A DNA stretch of 64,000 bases from an uncultured Methanosarcinaceae archaeon. Lineage in GTDB: Archaea > Halobacteriota > Methanosarcinia > Methanosarcinales > Methanosarcinaceae. The notes under the pieces are model-generated. The model was not told where the DNA came from and ran no database searches. It was given only the letters and a program-made list of their open reading frames with translations. The stretch is taken from assembly GCA_963733675.1 (NCBI GenBank), contig CAVTET010000001.1, positions 1,024,001 to 1,088,000 on the forward strand, given 5' to 3'. Made by a program: the position numbers and the translations under genes. Positions 45,794-56,121 of the stretch are shown here, in pieces (the first letter of the stretch is position 1; each line of letters begins with the position of its first letter).

Positions 45794-46362
45794 TAAAGCT
45801 CGCCTCTGAGTCTCTTTAAAACAGGGTGATTATAGTCATCTATGAACCGATCCTTGAAAGCTATCTCAATAGCCTTGATTATATTCTGCGGTTCCTCAGG
45901 CCATTCAGGTTCCGGAAGCTTACTAACTGCTAAAACGATGTCGTAAGCGCCGATTGAGTCATTCCTTTGCAACTTTACCCATTGAGTTTCCCCTTTAGTG
46001 TATGCGATCCGTCGGGTACGGTTGAACTCATTGTCCTTACCTTCCACGTCAGGTTGGGCTATTTCTGAGAGAAATATTTCACCTGACCCGTAGATAATTC
46101 CAACGTAAATTCTCACAAGCTTTAGCTTTTTTGTCTCGATCACCTTAGGATACAGATCTGGATTGAGGAGGTATTTTCCTTCCCCCTCACTGTTGCCGCC
46201 TAAATCCAAGAGATAAGTGTCGAATTTCCATTTTGGCCCTGGCCTGATCCTGAAAAATTTCACACGAGTGTTGGGCTTTCTAAGAGGAATTGAAGTTAAC
46301 ATGTGCTTTATAAGGATGGGGGTAACTTCGGTAACTCGGAGAGTCTCAAAATTGAAGGGCAT
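45793..46362 (-). CDS. Hypothetical protein coupled to PolA (possible SSB or accessory factor)
   Basis: 189 aa, beta-rich (RKP..FFRIRP, EPEWP, AFKDRFID..HPVLKRLRG); its stop overlaps the PolA start. Confidence 0.65.
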   Translation of the reverse strand: MPFNFETLRVTEVTPILIKHMLTSIPLRKPNTRVKFFRIRPGPKWKFDTYLLDLGGNSEGEGKYLLNPDLYPKVIETKKLKLVRIYVGIIYGSGEIFLSEIAQPDVEGKDNEFNRTRRIAYTKGETQWVKLQRNDSIGAYDIVLAVSKLPEPEWPEEPQNIIKAIEIAFKDRFIDDYNHPVLKRLRGEL

Positions 46363-46590
46363 CTAAAAAACCTCCTTTGTTGAATTGAAGATTTTTAAAA
46401 GACACCTCAACCCGCACGTAGATAAGTTGAAGAAAGAACATATATTAAGGATACTGCCTATATTAATCATAGATATCACTCCTGATTTGTTTAGGAATTG
46501 GTACCACATGAGCGGTTTTGCAAGCGTCGGAAGCCTCCAAGCAAACAGGCGCGTGCAAATCACCAAAAATATCAAATTTTGTTTTTTGTA

Positions 46591-46782
46591 TCAAAGCAAT
46601 CCTCTCTCCTGTGTTACCGCTTTGAGAGTTGTTTCTCCTCGTTCAACAGATTTTTTTATTTGTTGGAGACGATGCTGGGCCATTTGTTCAATTTTGATCA
46701 TTGTTTGGAACGCTTTGGACATATGTTGATCCAATTCGTTGTTTATGGATAAATTTTTATCATATACTGAGACGGTATTCAT
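46591..46782 (-). CDS. Small hypothetical coiled-coil protein
   Basis: ATGA overlap with the upstream AbrB-like gene. Confidence 0.5.
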   Translation of the reverse strand: MNTVSVYDKNLSINNELDQHMSKAFQTMIKIEQMAQHRLQQIKKSVERGETTLKAVTQERGLL

Positions 46783-46985
46783 TGGTATTCACCACTGTGG
46801 AAATGGTCAATAGCTGCCGTATTTTGTAGCGTATCGCCAGCTATGAGTTTCAGTCTATTTTTGCTGTTCATATCTACCATCAAAGTTTTCGCTTCTAAAT
46901 CCATTGATCTCATCCACTGCATCGGAAGTGAAATCAAATAACTTCCATCTTGTTTGACAACAGTTCTGTTTCTAGATTTAAACAT
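46779..46985 (-). CDS. AbrB/MazE/SpoVT-like DNA-binding protein
   Basis: RTVVKQDGSYLISLPMQW; RBS GAGGT. Confidence 0.75.
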   Translation of the reverse strand: MFKSRNRTVVKQDGSYLISLPMQWMRSMDLEAKTLMVDMNSKNRLKLIAGDTLQNTAAIDHFHSGEYQ

Positions 46986-47052
46986 ATTTACCTCGCAATT
47001 AATGTTGTAATGCAGATGAGGAGATGTAACTGATTACATACAGTTATATTTT

Positions 47053-47108
47053 GTAGGTAATAAAAATCAAAATACCTATATATAGGTCAATTTTTACAAT
47101 TTACCTAC
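47053..47108. promoter_or_regulatory. Symmetric operator array in the divergent promoter region
   Basis: GTAGGTAA(47053) ... ACCTATATATAGGT(47074-47087) ... TTACCTAC(47101); all share one dyad axis. Confidence 0.6.
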
Positions 47109-47163
47109 TATTATAGGCCAATCACCAATACGTCTTAATAAAGGTTTGAGCTACCTATAAAAT

Positions 47164-48180
47164 ATGAAAACAGAAACTAACAAAGAATTAATTTTAGGTA
47201 GTTTATTCGAATCCCCTAAAACAACTGGACAATTAGCACGTGGACTAAACTATGTTAATAAAAAGGGCACCGCCGGTTATAGTACAATTAATAATGATTT
47301 GAAAAAACTTATAGAAAAAGGATATATTGAAGGTAAAATAGTGAAAATTAAGGGAAAACGTGGACAGCCTCCAACATTATATTCATTTGTTTTCAATATT
47401 CCGAATTTAATTGGCATACTGGCAGAGTATCCACGTTTAATGCCAAAAATGCAAAAAAACGCTTCAATTTCCGAAAATATATTATCTCATTATTCAGACA
47501 TAATTTATGGTTCGAATGACAGTGAATATTGTAACACATTTGGGAAAAATGGAAATGAAAGCTGGTCTTTAGCATCTAGGGAATTATTTATCCACGCCGT
47601 ATATTCAACTTCTGATTCACTTTCTGTTTCACTTAAGAAGGATTGGGAAGAAAATTCAGGAGCTGAACTTTTTGAAAAAACAAAAAAAGATTTTGAGATA
47701 AAATTACAATTGTCTCCTGAATTTTTCAGACTTTTCCTGACCAATGATAAAAATAAATTAATGACGGATATTAAACAACTTGCTAAATTGTCAGAAACTA
47801 ACATAATATTCTTAACGGATTGGGACTATAATCATCACCCAGATAAATTGCTATCAATATTTGGAACAACTTTATCTATCAATATAGCGTTCGAAGCATG
47901 CGTTTCCATGGATATAATAAAAGGCCAATCCAATAAAGAAGCCATAAAATACTTCACACAAAAAAAGAACGAAGTGTCAGATGCAGAAATTGCACATTTA
48001 AGAAATTATTATATGCATACTAAATTTGCACCTAAGTTTCTTAAAGGGAAAAAATTAATTCCCATTCAAAATCTCAAACTTGAAAAGATAGAAAAAGAAT
48101 TCGAAGACCATGGAGGAGATTACATAGTTTATTATACTCCAGTAAACCAGGGATATAAGAATAACAGGACAATCTACTAA
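47164..48180 (+). CDS. wHTH-containing regulator (candidate master repressor)
   Basis: N-terminal PKTTGQLARGL..YSTINNDLKKLIEKGYIE..RGQPPTLY; divergent from the AbrB operon. Confidence 0.7.
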   Translation: MKTETNKELILGSLFESPKTTGQLARGLNYVNKKGTAGYSTINNDLKKLIEKGYIEGKIVKIKGKRGQPPTLYSFVFNIPNLIGILAEYPRLMPKMQKNASISENILSHYSDIIYGSNDSEYCNTFGKNGNESWSLASRELFIHAVYSTSDSLSVSLKKDWEENSGAELFEKTKKDFEIKLQLSPEFFRLFLTNDKNKLMTDIKQLAKLSETNIIFLTDWDYNHHPDKLLSIFGTTLSINIAFEACVSMDIIKGQSNKEAIKYFTQKKNEVSDAEIAHLRNYYMHTKFAPKFLKGKKLIPIQNLKLEKIEKEFEDHGGDYIVYYTPVNQGYKNNRTIY

Positions 48181-48260
48181 AATTAAAATTTTGACAGTAT
48201 AATTTTGTCTACTTTCGTTTTTAGTTAGGATACTCAAACCCTATATAACAGATTTATTTT

Positions 48261-49427
48261 TTAAGTGATTTTAGCTAGCAACTCATTAAGTCTTGCTTCA
48301 ACTAACTCGTTAATTTTTGATTTTAGTAATTCATTAAGACTATCATCAACAGGTTTAGCTTTTTCTTCTAAATCCATGGCAGTTTTTAGCGTCAAAACAG
48401 CACCGCACTTATAACAGAAAAGATTATTCGGCGTGTTTATGTTCTTACATCTTGGGCAAACATTAGTTTTTGGTTTATTTTCATCTTCTTTAATTTCAAT
48501 ACCATTTGCTCTCAAAATAGCCTGATCCACATCTCTGCCAGACAAGTGGACGTAAATACTAGGCATGTTAGAACCCTGAACCCATCCAAAATGCATATTC
48601 ATTTGAGCTTCTGTCAAATGATTTGCCATGTAAGTCGCCCTTGAATGCCTGAAAAGATGAATATGAACTCTTTTTTTAATTCCAGCTTCTTCTGCCACCC
48701 TTTGCAACTGCATTCTTATCGCGTCATATTGCATGCCTTCAATGCCCTTTTTCCTGCGTGAAAGATTGAACCATAAAGGAGCTTCTAAATTATCTTTTTC
48801 AGGATGCTCTTCTAACCAGTTCATCAAATATGAGACGCTCCAGACAGCTCTCACCCTTCTTGGGCCAGTTTTACCATTGACGATTATCACTGCCCCATAC
48901 TCATCAAATTTGATATGTTTAATTTTTAGCGTGCCTACTTCTCCAATTCGTGCACCAATATCCCATAATAAGCCTATCATAGCTTTATCACGAGTATTTG
49001 GTGCGGCATTTATCATTTTAATGATTTCTTCTTCTGTTAGCAAATCTTCAGGCAGCTTCTTATCTTTATTTATAATGTTAGTAGTAAACCATTTCGTGAG
49101 TTCAGACTCGTCTCCTTTCGACAACCATCTATAAAACTTCTTCAGTGTAATTTTATATTCGCGCCTACTTGCTTCACTTTGCGTTTTTTTGTTGATTAAG
49201 ATTAAAAGATATTCAATATCCTTTTTAGTGGCTTTGTCAAAGTCCTTATTCATCAAAATTGCAATACTTTTTAGCGTGGCAACATATTTCAAAATCCGTT
49301 GATCTGATAAACCTTCAATATAACAGCTATGAACAAAATCTTTAATTAACCTTATATTTTCTTTTGACAGTCCGGAGCCATCTAAAGTATCTATTCTCGC
49401 TTGTACGTTTATCTTGTAAAGTTCCAT
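48261..49427 (-). CDS. Tyrosine recombinase/integrase with C-terminal Zn ribbon
   Basis: GARIGE, GKTG, HLFRHSRAT, FGW, IYVH; CPRC..CYKCG. Intact; paralog of 10063..11217. Confidence 0.94.
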   Translation of the reverse strand: MELYKINVQARIDTLDGSGLSKENIRLIKDFVHSCYIEGLSDQRILKYVATLKSIAILMNKDFDKATKKDIEYLLILINKKTQSEASRREYKITLKKFYRWLSKGDESELTKWFTTNIINKDKKLPEDLLTEEEIIKMINAAPNTRDKAMIGLLWDIGARIGEVGTLKIKHIKFDEYGAVIIVNGKTGPRRVRAVWSVSYLMNWLEEHPEKDNLEAPLWFNLSRRKKGIEGMQYDAIRMQLQRVAEEAGIKKRVHIHLFRHSRATYMANHLTEAQMNMHFGWVQGSNMPSIYVHLSGRDVDQAILRANGIEIKEDENKPKTNVCPRCKNINTPNNLFCYKCGAVLTLKTAMDLEEKAKPVDDSLNELLKSKINELVEARLNELLAKIT

Positions 49428-49798
49428 TTCTCGCCTGACTAAATGTAGGGCCCATTAGTATTTAAAAGTAATTAAGTGCATCGAACATTAAGTTCTGATC
49501 AGTAAAAGAACATCTTTTGAGCAAAAGGGATCTATTCAGAAACACGAGATTCAGCTCAAAAAGAGTTCAGAGGAAGAGTTTATGCAGGAATTAAAAAAAT
49601 ATTCAAGACAGGGTAAGATCTTGGGTCAGCGTCCGAAGACTACATAGATCATCATTTTGCAAGCAATATGATAAATTTAGTTTATATATCCTTTATGATA
49701 TAATTGAAATTTTTCATAAACCAACAATTATCGGCAACATTATCAGAAAAATTTTATATACTTAATAAATTAATCAGTATCTAGCAGTAATTTATGAG

Positions 49799-50092
49799 GT
49801 GATCTTAATATCCAACATGAGAAATTTTGTTTTACGAGGGAAAGACGGCAGTGAACAGGGTATTTTCACTGGAAAACAGCCTCGACAAGCTGCTTTGAAA
49901 GCTGCAAATCGAGGCAAGGGGACAAAGTCAAAACCGGAGATTATCAGCCTCCGGGAACGCGGAACAAAGAAAGTACATGTTTTCAAGGCATGGAAGCAAA
50001 TTGTCGAAGCCCCAAAAAATAAGCCTAGCTGGATGCCAGAAAAAATCAACAAGCCCTTTGTCAAAAAAGAGAAAATAGAAACAATCGAATAA
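49799..50092 (+). CDS. Non-histone chromosomal protein MC1
   Basis: RNFVLR..GIFTGKQPRQAALKAANRG..LRERGTKKVHVF..WMPEKI. The real start is probably ATG49817, since the usual start position reads ATA. Confidence 0.95.
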   Translation: MILISNMRNFVLRGKDGSEQGIFTGKQPRQAALKAANRGKGTKSKPEIISLRERGTKKVHVFKAWKQIVEAPKNKPSWMPEKINKPFVKKEKIETIE

Positions 50093-50291
50093 ATATAGGT
50101 TCTTTTATATGCCCTGAAACTCGGGGTTCTTTCATTTCTTTTTGATATTCATAAACTAAATTAGCCTGGAAATGTTGTTTCATAGCTAAGACTGTTTGAT
50201 TGAACAACACTTTTCTCCTGCAAATTCAGTATTTCAGTCCATAAATCCAAAAATCACTAAATTTTGGACCATAATCCATAAGGGTGAATTT

Positions 50292-50960
50292 TTATTTTAT
50301 CAATCCTTTCTGGACATACCAATCATAATCATGAGCAAAGCGCTCCTTATTGAATTTTGCCAGCTGGCAAAAATATTCTGTTCGCTGACGATGTATTTCA
50401 TCCTGGTCGGTATATTTGATTTCTCCGCGGATTGACTTTACCAACTTCTTCCCAAGATTTTGCGCAGGCCCGATATAATTCTCAAGTGCAGAGGGGTCTC
50501 TTCCGATTACAACTTCAATGCTTCCGACAACGGTAACGCCAAGATTTATGAGAACTCCATTCATGTATTTCAAGACTTCATCGTCACTGCTCCCACCAGC
50601 TGTGCATACCGAGTACCCAAATTTTCCAGTCAGCGTCTGGCAGTGAATTGCATCTGAAAGTCTATCGAAAAGAGTTTTCATTGGACCCGGAACAGAGTTA
50701 ATGTAGTTAGGAGCACCAAGAACAACTCCATCAGCGTTCATAATTTTTCCAAACATCTCCATAAAATTATCAAATAAAAAACATTCACCTGTAGCATAAC
50801 AGGCTCCACATCCAGTACAATATTCGATATTTAGTTTATATAGATCTATAATCTCAGTTTTTGTCCCTTCAGATTCAGCACCTTTGATGACAAAATTTAC
50901 CAGTTTCAAGGTGTTACTCGCATTGCCCTTTGGACTTGTATTGATTCCAATGATTTTCAT
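50292..50960 (-). CDS. Iron-sulfur flavoprotein / NADPH-dependent FMN reductase family
   Basis: SPKGNASNT, CTGCGAC..GEC, APNY, DRL. Confidence 0.88.
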   Translation of the reverse strand: MKIIGINTSPKGNASNTLKLVNFVIKGAESEGTKTEIIDLYKLNIEYCTGCGACYATGECFLFDNFMEMFGKIMNADGVVLGAPNYINSVPGPMKTLFDRLSDAIHCQTLTGKFGYSVCTAGGSSDDEVLKYMNGVLINLGVTVVGSIEVVIGRDPSALENYIGPAQNLGKKLVKSIRGEIKYTDQDEIHRQRTEYFCQLAKFNKERFAHDYDWYVQKGLIK

Positions 50961-50994
50961 TTAGCTTCCTGGATGAAATACTTCAAAATAAAAA

Positions 50995-52505
50995 TTATTT
51001 TGCCGTTTTTTTACCTTTTGCAGGTATACCTGGATAATTTATTGAACTTGCTTTTCCTCCTACCAGAGAAGCGAATATTCCAATGAAACAGAAGATCGTA
51101 AACAGAATAAACGCATAATGCAAACTTAAAAAGAATTGCGGATAATAATCGGGCGTGATCTCTATAGGGCCGATAAAAATCGCAAAAGTCATCATTGCAA
51201 CACCCATCGAAAGCATCTGACCAAGGAGTCGCATAGTCCCGTCCATCCCATATGCAACGCCGTAAAATTTTTTGTCGACTGAACTCATAATGGCATTTGT
51301 GTTAGGGGACGAGAAAAGCCCGTAACCTGCGCCAAGTACGAGGAGACTGAAAATCAGGTACCAAAGAGATATTTCGTCTGTGAGGAAGACTAGTAGGAAG
51401 AGTCCAATTGTAGTTAAAGCCATTCCTGCAGATGCAACGATCCTTGGCTCAACTCTGTCGGAAAGTTGGCCAGCAATCGGTGAAATCATAGCTTGGACAA
51501 CTGGCTGAACAACCAAAATAAAACCTGCATACTCAGGGTGTGAATCCTCTCGTATACTGCAGGTAAAGGCTTAAGAGAAAAGTCACTGCGTAAGTTGCAC
51601 TGTAATTAATGAGAGTAGATAGGTTCGAAAAAGCAAAGGTTCGGTTTTTGGTTAAAAGGGCTATATCAAGGGCAGGAGACGAAATCCGCATCTCATACAG
51701 AGCAAAAAGCAGCATTCCAATAATTCCAACAGCTATCAGAACAGCACCTTTTAATTCAGAGATGACTGAGAAACCGTACATAACGGCAAGGACAGCGAGA
51801 CCGTAGATAATTGATCCTGTCAGGTCAAAAATATCTCCCTTGCACTCGGCCCATTCATCTTTGAGTTTCCAGAGAATTAAAAGAATTGTTGTGATGCCAA
51901 TAGGTACGTTTACGAAGAAAATACTTCTCCAGCCAAGAAGATCTGTCATGAAGCCGCCAAGGAAAAGGCCGATTGAAAGGCCAATATAAACTGCGATAAT
52001 GTAGATACCAAGAACTCTCCCACGCTCGCCTGAGGGAAAAACAGAAGTCAATATAGCAACCGCCGGTTCCGAAGATCATGGCACTTCCTATACCCTGTAT
52101 GACTCGGATTGCAATCAGCATCTCTGTTGAAGGGACCATTGTCATTGCAAGGGATGCAAGGCTGAAAAGCGCTATTCCATAGAGATAAATTTTTTTTCTC
52201 CCATAAATATCGGCGATTTTTCCGAAAGGAATCAGAAAGATTGCTGCAGTAAGAAGATATGCAGTTGCAACTCATGAGAGGGCAATTGCGTCCATGTGAA
52301 ACTCTTTCCCCATCGAATGAAGGGCAAGGTTAACTGCTGAGCCATCAAATGGAGTGATAAATCCCAAAAGTACCGCGATAAAAAGTACAATTCGTTTTTC
52401 TGTATCATTGGTAGAGGTATCAGGAGTTTTGCATGTCTCAGTAACTTCAGGGAGTAGTTCGGTATTTTCAGCAAATGATTTATTATTACTTGGTTTTTTC
52501 ACCAT
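50995..52505 (-). pseudogene. DHA2-type MFS transporter, fragmented
   Basis: Consecutive TM fragments (DGSAVNLAL, RVIQGIG, ERGRVLG, GWRSIFFVNVP, SPNTNAIM) split by stops and frameshifts. Confidence 0.88.
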
Positions 52506-53584
52506 GTATATCACTGATCTGCAAAGCCATCGGCGACTATTGAGAGCATTAAGAATTAAAAACATATCGAAGATCAAGATAAATTTGTTACACAAGAAAA
52601 TCTTTCAGGAATAAAGATCCTTTAGATCGCTCAGCTTATTGTAGTCTTTTTTAGATATAGTTAACTGATACACTTTTTAGTATTATCTACTTGTTATGCA
52701 TAGTATCTCTTTTTACTAGTTTTCAATATTCTCGTCCTCTCGTTCTCTTGAACCTTAGAATAAAGGGCATTACCCTTGGCTCCACATCCTCGGCCTGTGA
52801 TTCTCCAAAAAGTTCTCAAAGTGCTGGTAGATAACTTCAACATCAGGTCAAATATGACCGTTGAAGAAGACGTGAAAATACTCATGTGTCAAGTATGAGT
52901 TTAAGGCTAAAAGGAAAAACCTGAAGAGGAATAGTGAATAGCTTGTTTCAAGTTATGGCTCTCTTTGTTTTTGATTACAAGTTTTTACATTAACAATTTA
53001 GTAGGGAATGGAGGGGGAAAAAGTATCATGATCTCCAATTTGCTGAAAGTAGTTTTTATCGTGCTTATCCGCTTGCATTAAAAACAGAAGGTAGCAATAA
53101 GGGCACAATCGCAAGAATTGAAAAAAATACACAATAAATTGAATCTAAAAGAATAAGAACTTTTTATAGAATTGTCTGGTGAAGTTAAAATAACTGAGGT
53201 GCAGCATCTCAACCTCCAACACAAGTTGATCGTTGCAGAGTCAGCTAGTTTTTAGGTTTAGTTTATAAAATCTATATATTCAAATTGTTGAAATAGGAGG
53301 TTTATCGAAATTCTCTATTCTAAGGATCTTAGAGAAAGGCGACAGTGAAGTTTAATTGATCTATATTACCTAAACGTAGTTAAATAGAAGTCTATCTCAC
53401 TATATTTAGGTAGATTAGACGGCAAATTTGGAGAACATCTTATTTTTTTGGATAACACGGCTGTAAACAATTTGATTTAGGTATCAATGATTAAATTATT
53501 TGGCCACTAGTTTTTCTCTCAAAATCGCTAAACACTTCTTTTTGACTCCAAAGCTATTATTCTATTTTTTTAATCTTGAAGTCA

Positions 53585-54565
53585 TTATTCTTTGCAAGTT
53601 TCTTCTTTTTCATTCTTATTAAGGATCACTCTTGTCTTTTCCATATCTTCTTTTGAATTGATTTTTATGAGTTTTCTCCGCTCTTCACTCATCTGTGACA
53701 TATCTTGTGAAAGTAGTCCAAAAGCATCAGCTCTACACTGCCTGCAGTGTCGCATCTGCATGACATAAGGTTCACAATCTTCTTGGACAGCCTTTCTCTC
53801 TTCTGCTGTAGGTGGCTCAATGTCTGCAAAAGCTCCCTGATTGATAAGAGGCATTACATTCATAATGTAAATTCCGAGTTCATTGAGTTTTCTGGCGATC
53901 TCAACGACATGCTTATCATTTATACCAGGAATAAGCACGGTATTAACTTTGACAACTAAACCTGCATCAACAGCTTCTTTGATACCCTGTAGTTGATTCT
54001 TAATATGAATTTCTGCGGCTTTGGTTCCCCTGTACACTTCCCCATGATAGATAATATGATCAACTATTTTTGCATGAATCTCTGGATCAATTGAGTTTAA
54101 TGTAACTGTCAATGTAGAAACTCCCAAGCGTAGTAAATCCTGTAGCTTTTCGGGAAGCAATAGTCCGTTTGTGCTCATACAGAGGGTTATTTCTGGAAAT
54201 TCTTTTTTTATCAGCTCAAAGGTCTCGAAGGTTTCATCATTAGCCAGAGGATCACCTGGACCTGCAATCCCAACGACCTTGATGAAAGGATAGTCTGCTA
54301 GGATCTGTTTTGTTTTCTGAAGAGCTTCTCGTGGAGTTAGGACTTTACTTGTAACTCCTGGACGGCTCTCATTTACACAGTCAAATTCCCGAATGCAAAA
54401 ATTACACTGGATATTGCATTTTGGAGCCACAGCCAGGTGAATTCTCCCGTATTTATGCTGGGCTCTCTTGTCATAACAAGGGTGCTTTGCGATCTTTCTC
54501 AGGAGTTCCTCTTCATATTTTGGCCCGGTATCGGTCTCATTCATAGGATTGTCTTCTTCTGGCAA
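53585..54565 (-). CDS. nifB: Stand-alone NifB radical SAM protein
   Basis: HPC, CNIQCNFC, ESRPG, AGPGD, TLTVTLN, CRQCRADA. Confidence 0.92.
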   Translation of the reverse strand: MPEEDNPMNETDTGPKYEEELLRKIAKHPCYDKRAQHKYGRIHLAVAPKCNIQCNFCIREFDCVNESRPGVTSKVLTPREALQKTKQILADYPFIKVVGIAGPGDPLANDETFETFELIKKEFPEITLCMSTNGLLLPEKLQDLLRLGVSTLTVTLNSIDPEIHAKIVDHIIYHGEVYRGTKAAEIHIKNQLQGIKEAVDAGLVVKVNTVLIPGINDKHVVEIARKLNELGIYIMNVMPLINQGAFADIEPPTAEERKAVQEDCEPYVMQMRHCRQCRADAFGLLSQDMSQMSEERRKLIKINSKEDMEKTRVILNKNEKEETCKE

Positions 54566-56121
54566 ATGTGTTCGCCTCCGTTAGGAGTTTAAAAATCGGC
54601 AGGATCCTCAAGTATAGAGAATACTGAAACATCTAAAGCAAACTATGTTACAGCACCTTGATATACATTGTGGAATTTTTAGAATCCCAAATTGAAATTT
54701 AAGACCAAATTAGACAAAATCATAAATTTCACTATGCATAAATAAGCTTTGTGCTTCTGCTTTCTTCATAAGATTCAAAATTATCTTTATATTTTTTGGC
54801 TTGGGGTTTCCCTCTAAATACATCCTGTCTATAAATGTATATAATGCGTTTTTTGTAATAATAATACTTACATTATTTCAATAAATATCCGATTCACACG
54901 ATTCATTTATACACCACTTATAAGCAGATGAAAGCAGATGACGAAATTGGAGGTTTCTCGAAACCCTCTGTAGTTTATCGCAGGTCACTTGATCAATAAT
55001 ATTTAAAACCATTAGACTTTTGGGAGCTGGTTGTCAACATTTATTTTTTAGGAGCCATTATCTATTTGAATTGGTGACAGCAAGTCGGTTTGAAAGGTCA
55101 AGTAATAGGCGGATTGAGATATGTTTAGGATCTAAATTTGGGGATTTGCGTTTGTCATAGCTACTTACCCTACTGTTCTCTCTTCTGGCCAGTATTTTTT
55201 TCGATTCTCAAGCCTGCCAACAACCTAGAGAGTTCTTATGCTTGTAACCATCAATATTTGATGATAGGAGTAGTGAGGAGTTTATGTTTCGAGGAATATT
55301 GTTCCATGGGGCTCATCGTCATTCAAGATCTTACTTGTAGTTTGAAGCACATTGATTATTTTCGGTGCTTGCAATACATTAAACGGCTTTATTTTGGAAC
55401 TTTAGTGTGAGCATAGTTCAGATTTTTTTTCATTTATATTTGGTATATATATGTTAGCTTTGAGAATCCACCTCAGCACAATTATTCAGAGGATCATTAT
55501 TTATTTGGTGTGGGATTTTTTTGATATCTGTCCCAATTACTTTGTGTAGGTGACATTAATTCTTTTTCATCTGCTGATTTTCTATTATGCTGCTGGTTAT
55601 TGCGAAACTATTTTCCCATCCAGATGTTAACATGATATAGCAAAGTCGACTTTTGGGTGAGTTAGTGTTAAATTGAATGAGTTGGAGAACGCATCAAAGT
55701 GCTAAGCTTTAGTGTATCCAAAGATCATCTTTTCAATAAAAGTCGAAGTCGATTAATATCGGAATCAATTCTCTTCACTTGAACCATACTACTCTCATTT
55801 ACATCCAAGCTTTGTTGATTATTCATCCTTTTCAGGGATAAAGATATCAACTTGTTGGCTTTTGCTATCAAAATTATTTTAATAAAATCTATGATTTTTC
55901 TTAAAATTTAGGTGAAAAAGATGCATAATTTCTGCTTTAGAACTCTACAATATTGACTTTTCTGGAGACGATTATAATAAATGGAATTAAGATGTATGGA
56001 TAAAGTTTTTTTATTATGAGCCATTGAGGAAAGATTGAGAAGAATAAATTAGTCGTTCGGTCCTACTGATGCCGACATATGAAACCTATGTATCTAAAAT
56101 TATTATTCCTGATCTTTCCAT

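Larger units (their letters stand above)
42221..49500 (-). mobile_element. Integrated element 2 (PolA/TerS-like, PICI-like satellite); left end uncertain, cargo may extend to ~32.7 kb
   Basis: Integrase, divergent repressor/AbrB pair, PolA module, iterons and TerS-like gene; same layout as element 1. Confidence 0.72.

Noticed and set aside
53585-54565. nifB without a nif cluster
   Set aside because: Stand-alone NifB distant from nifHDK is normal in methanogens.
55040-55830. Possible decayed membrane-protein gene and IS end
   Set aside because: Too degraded to assign from sequence alone.
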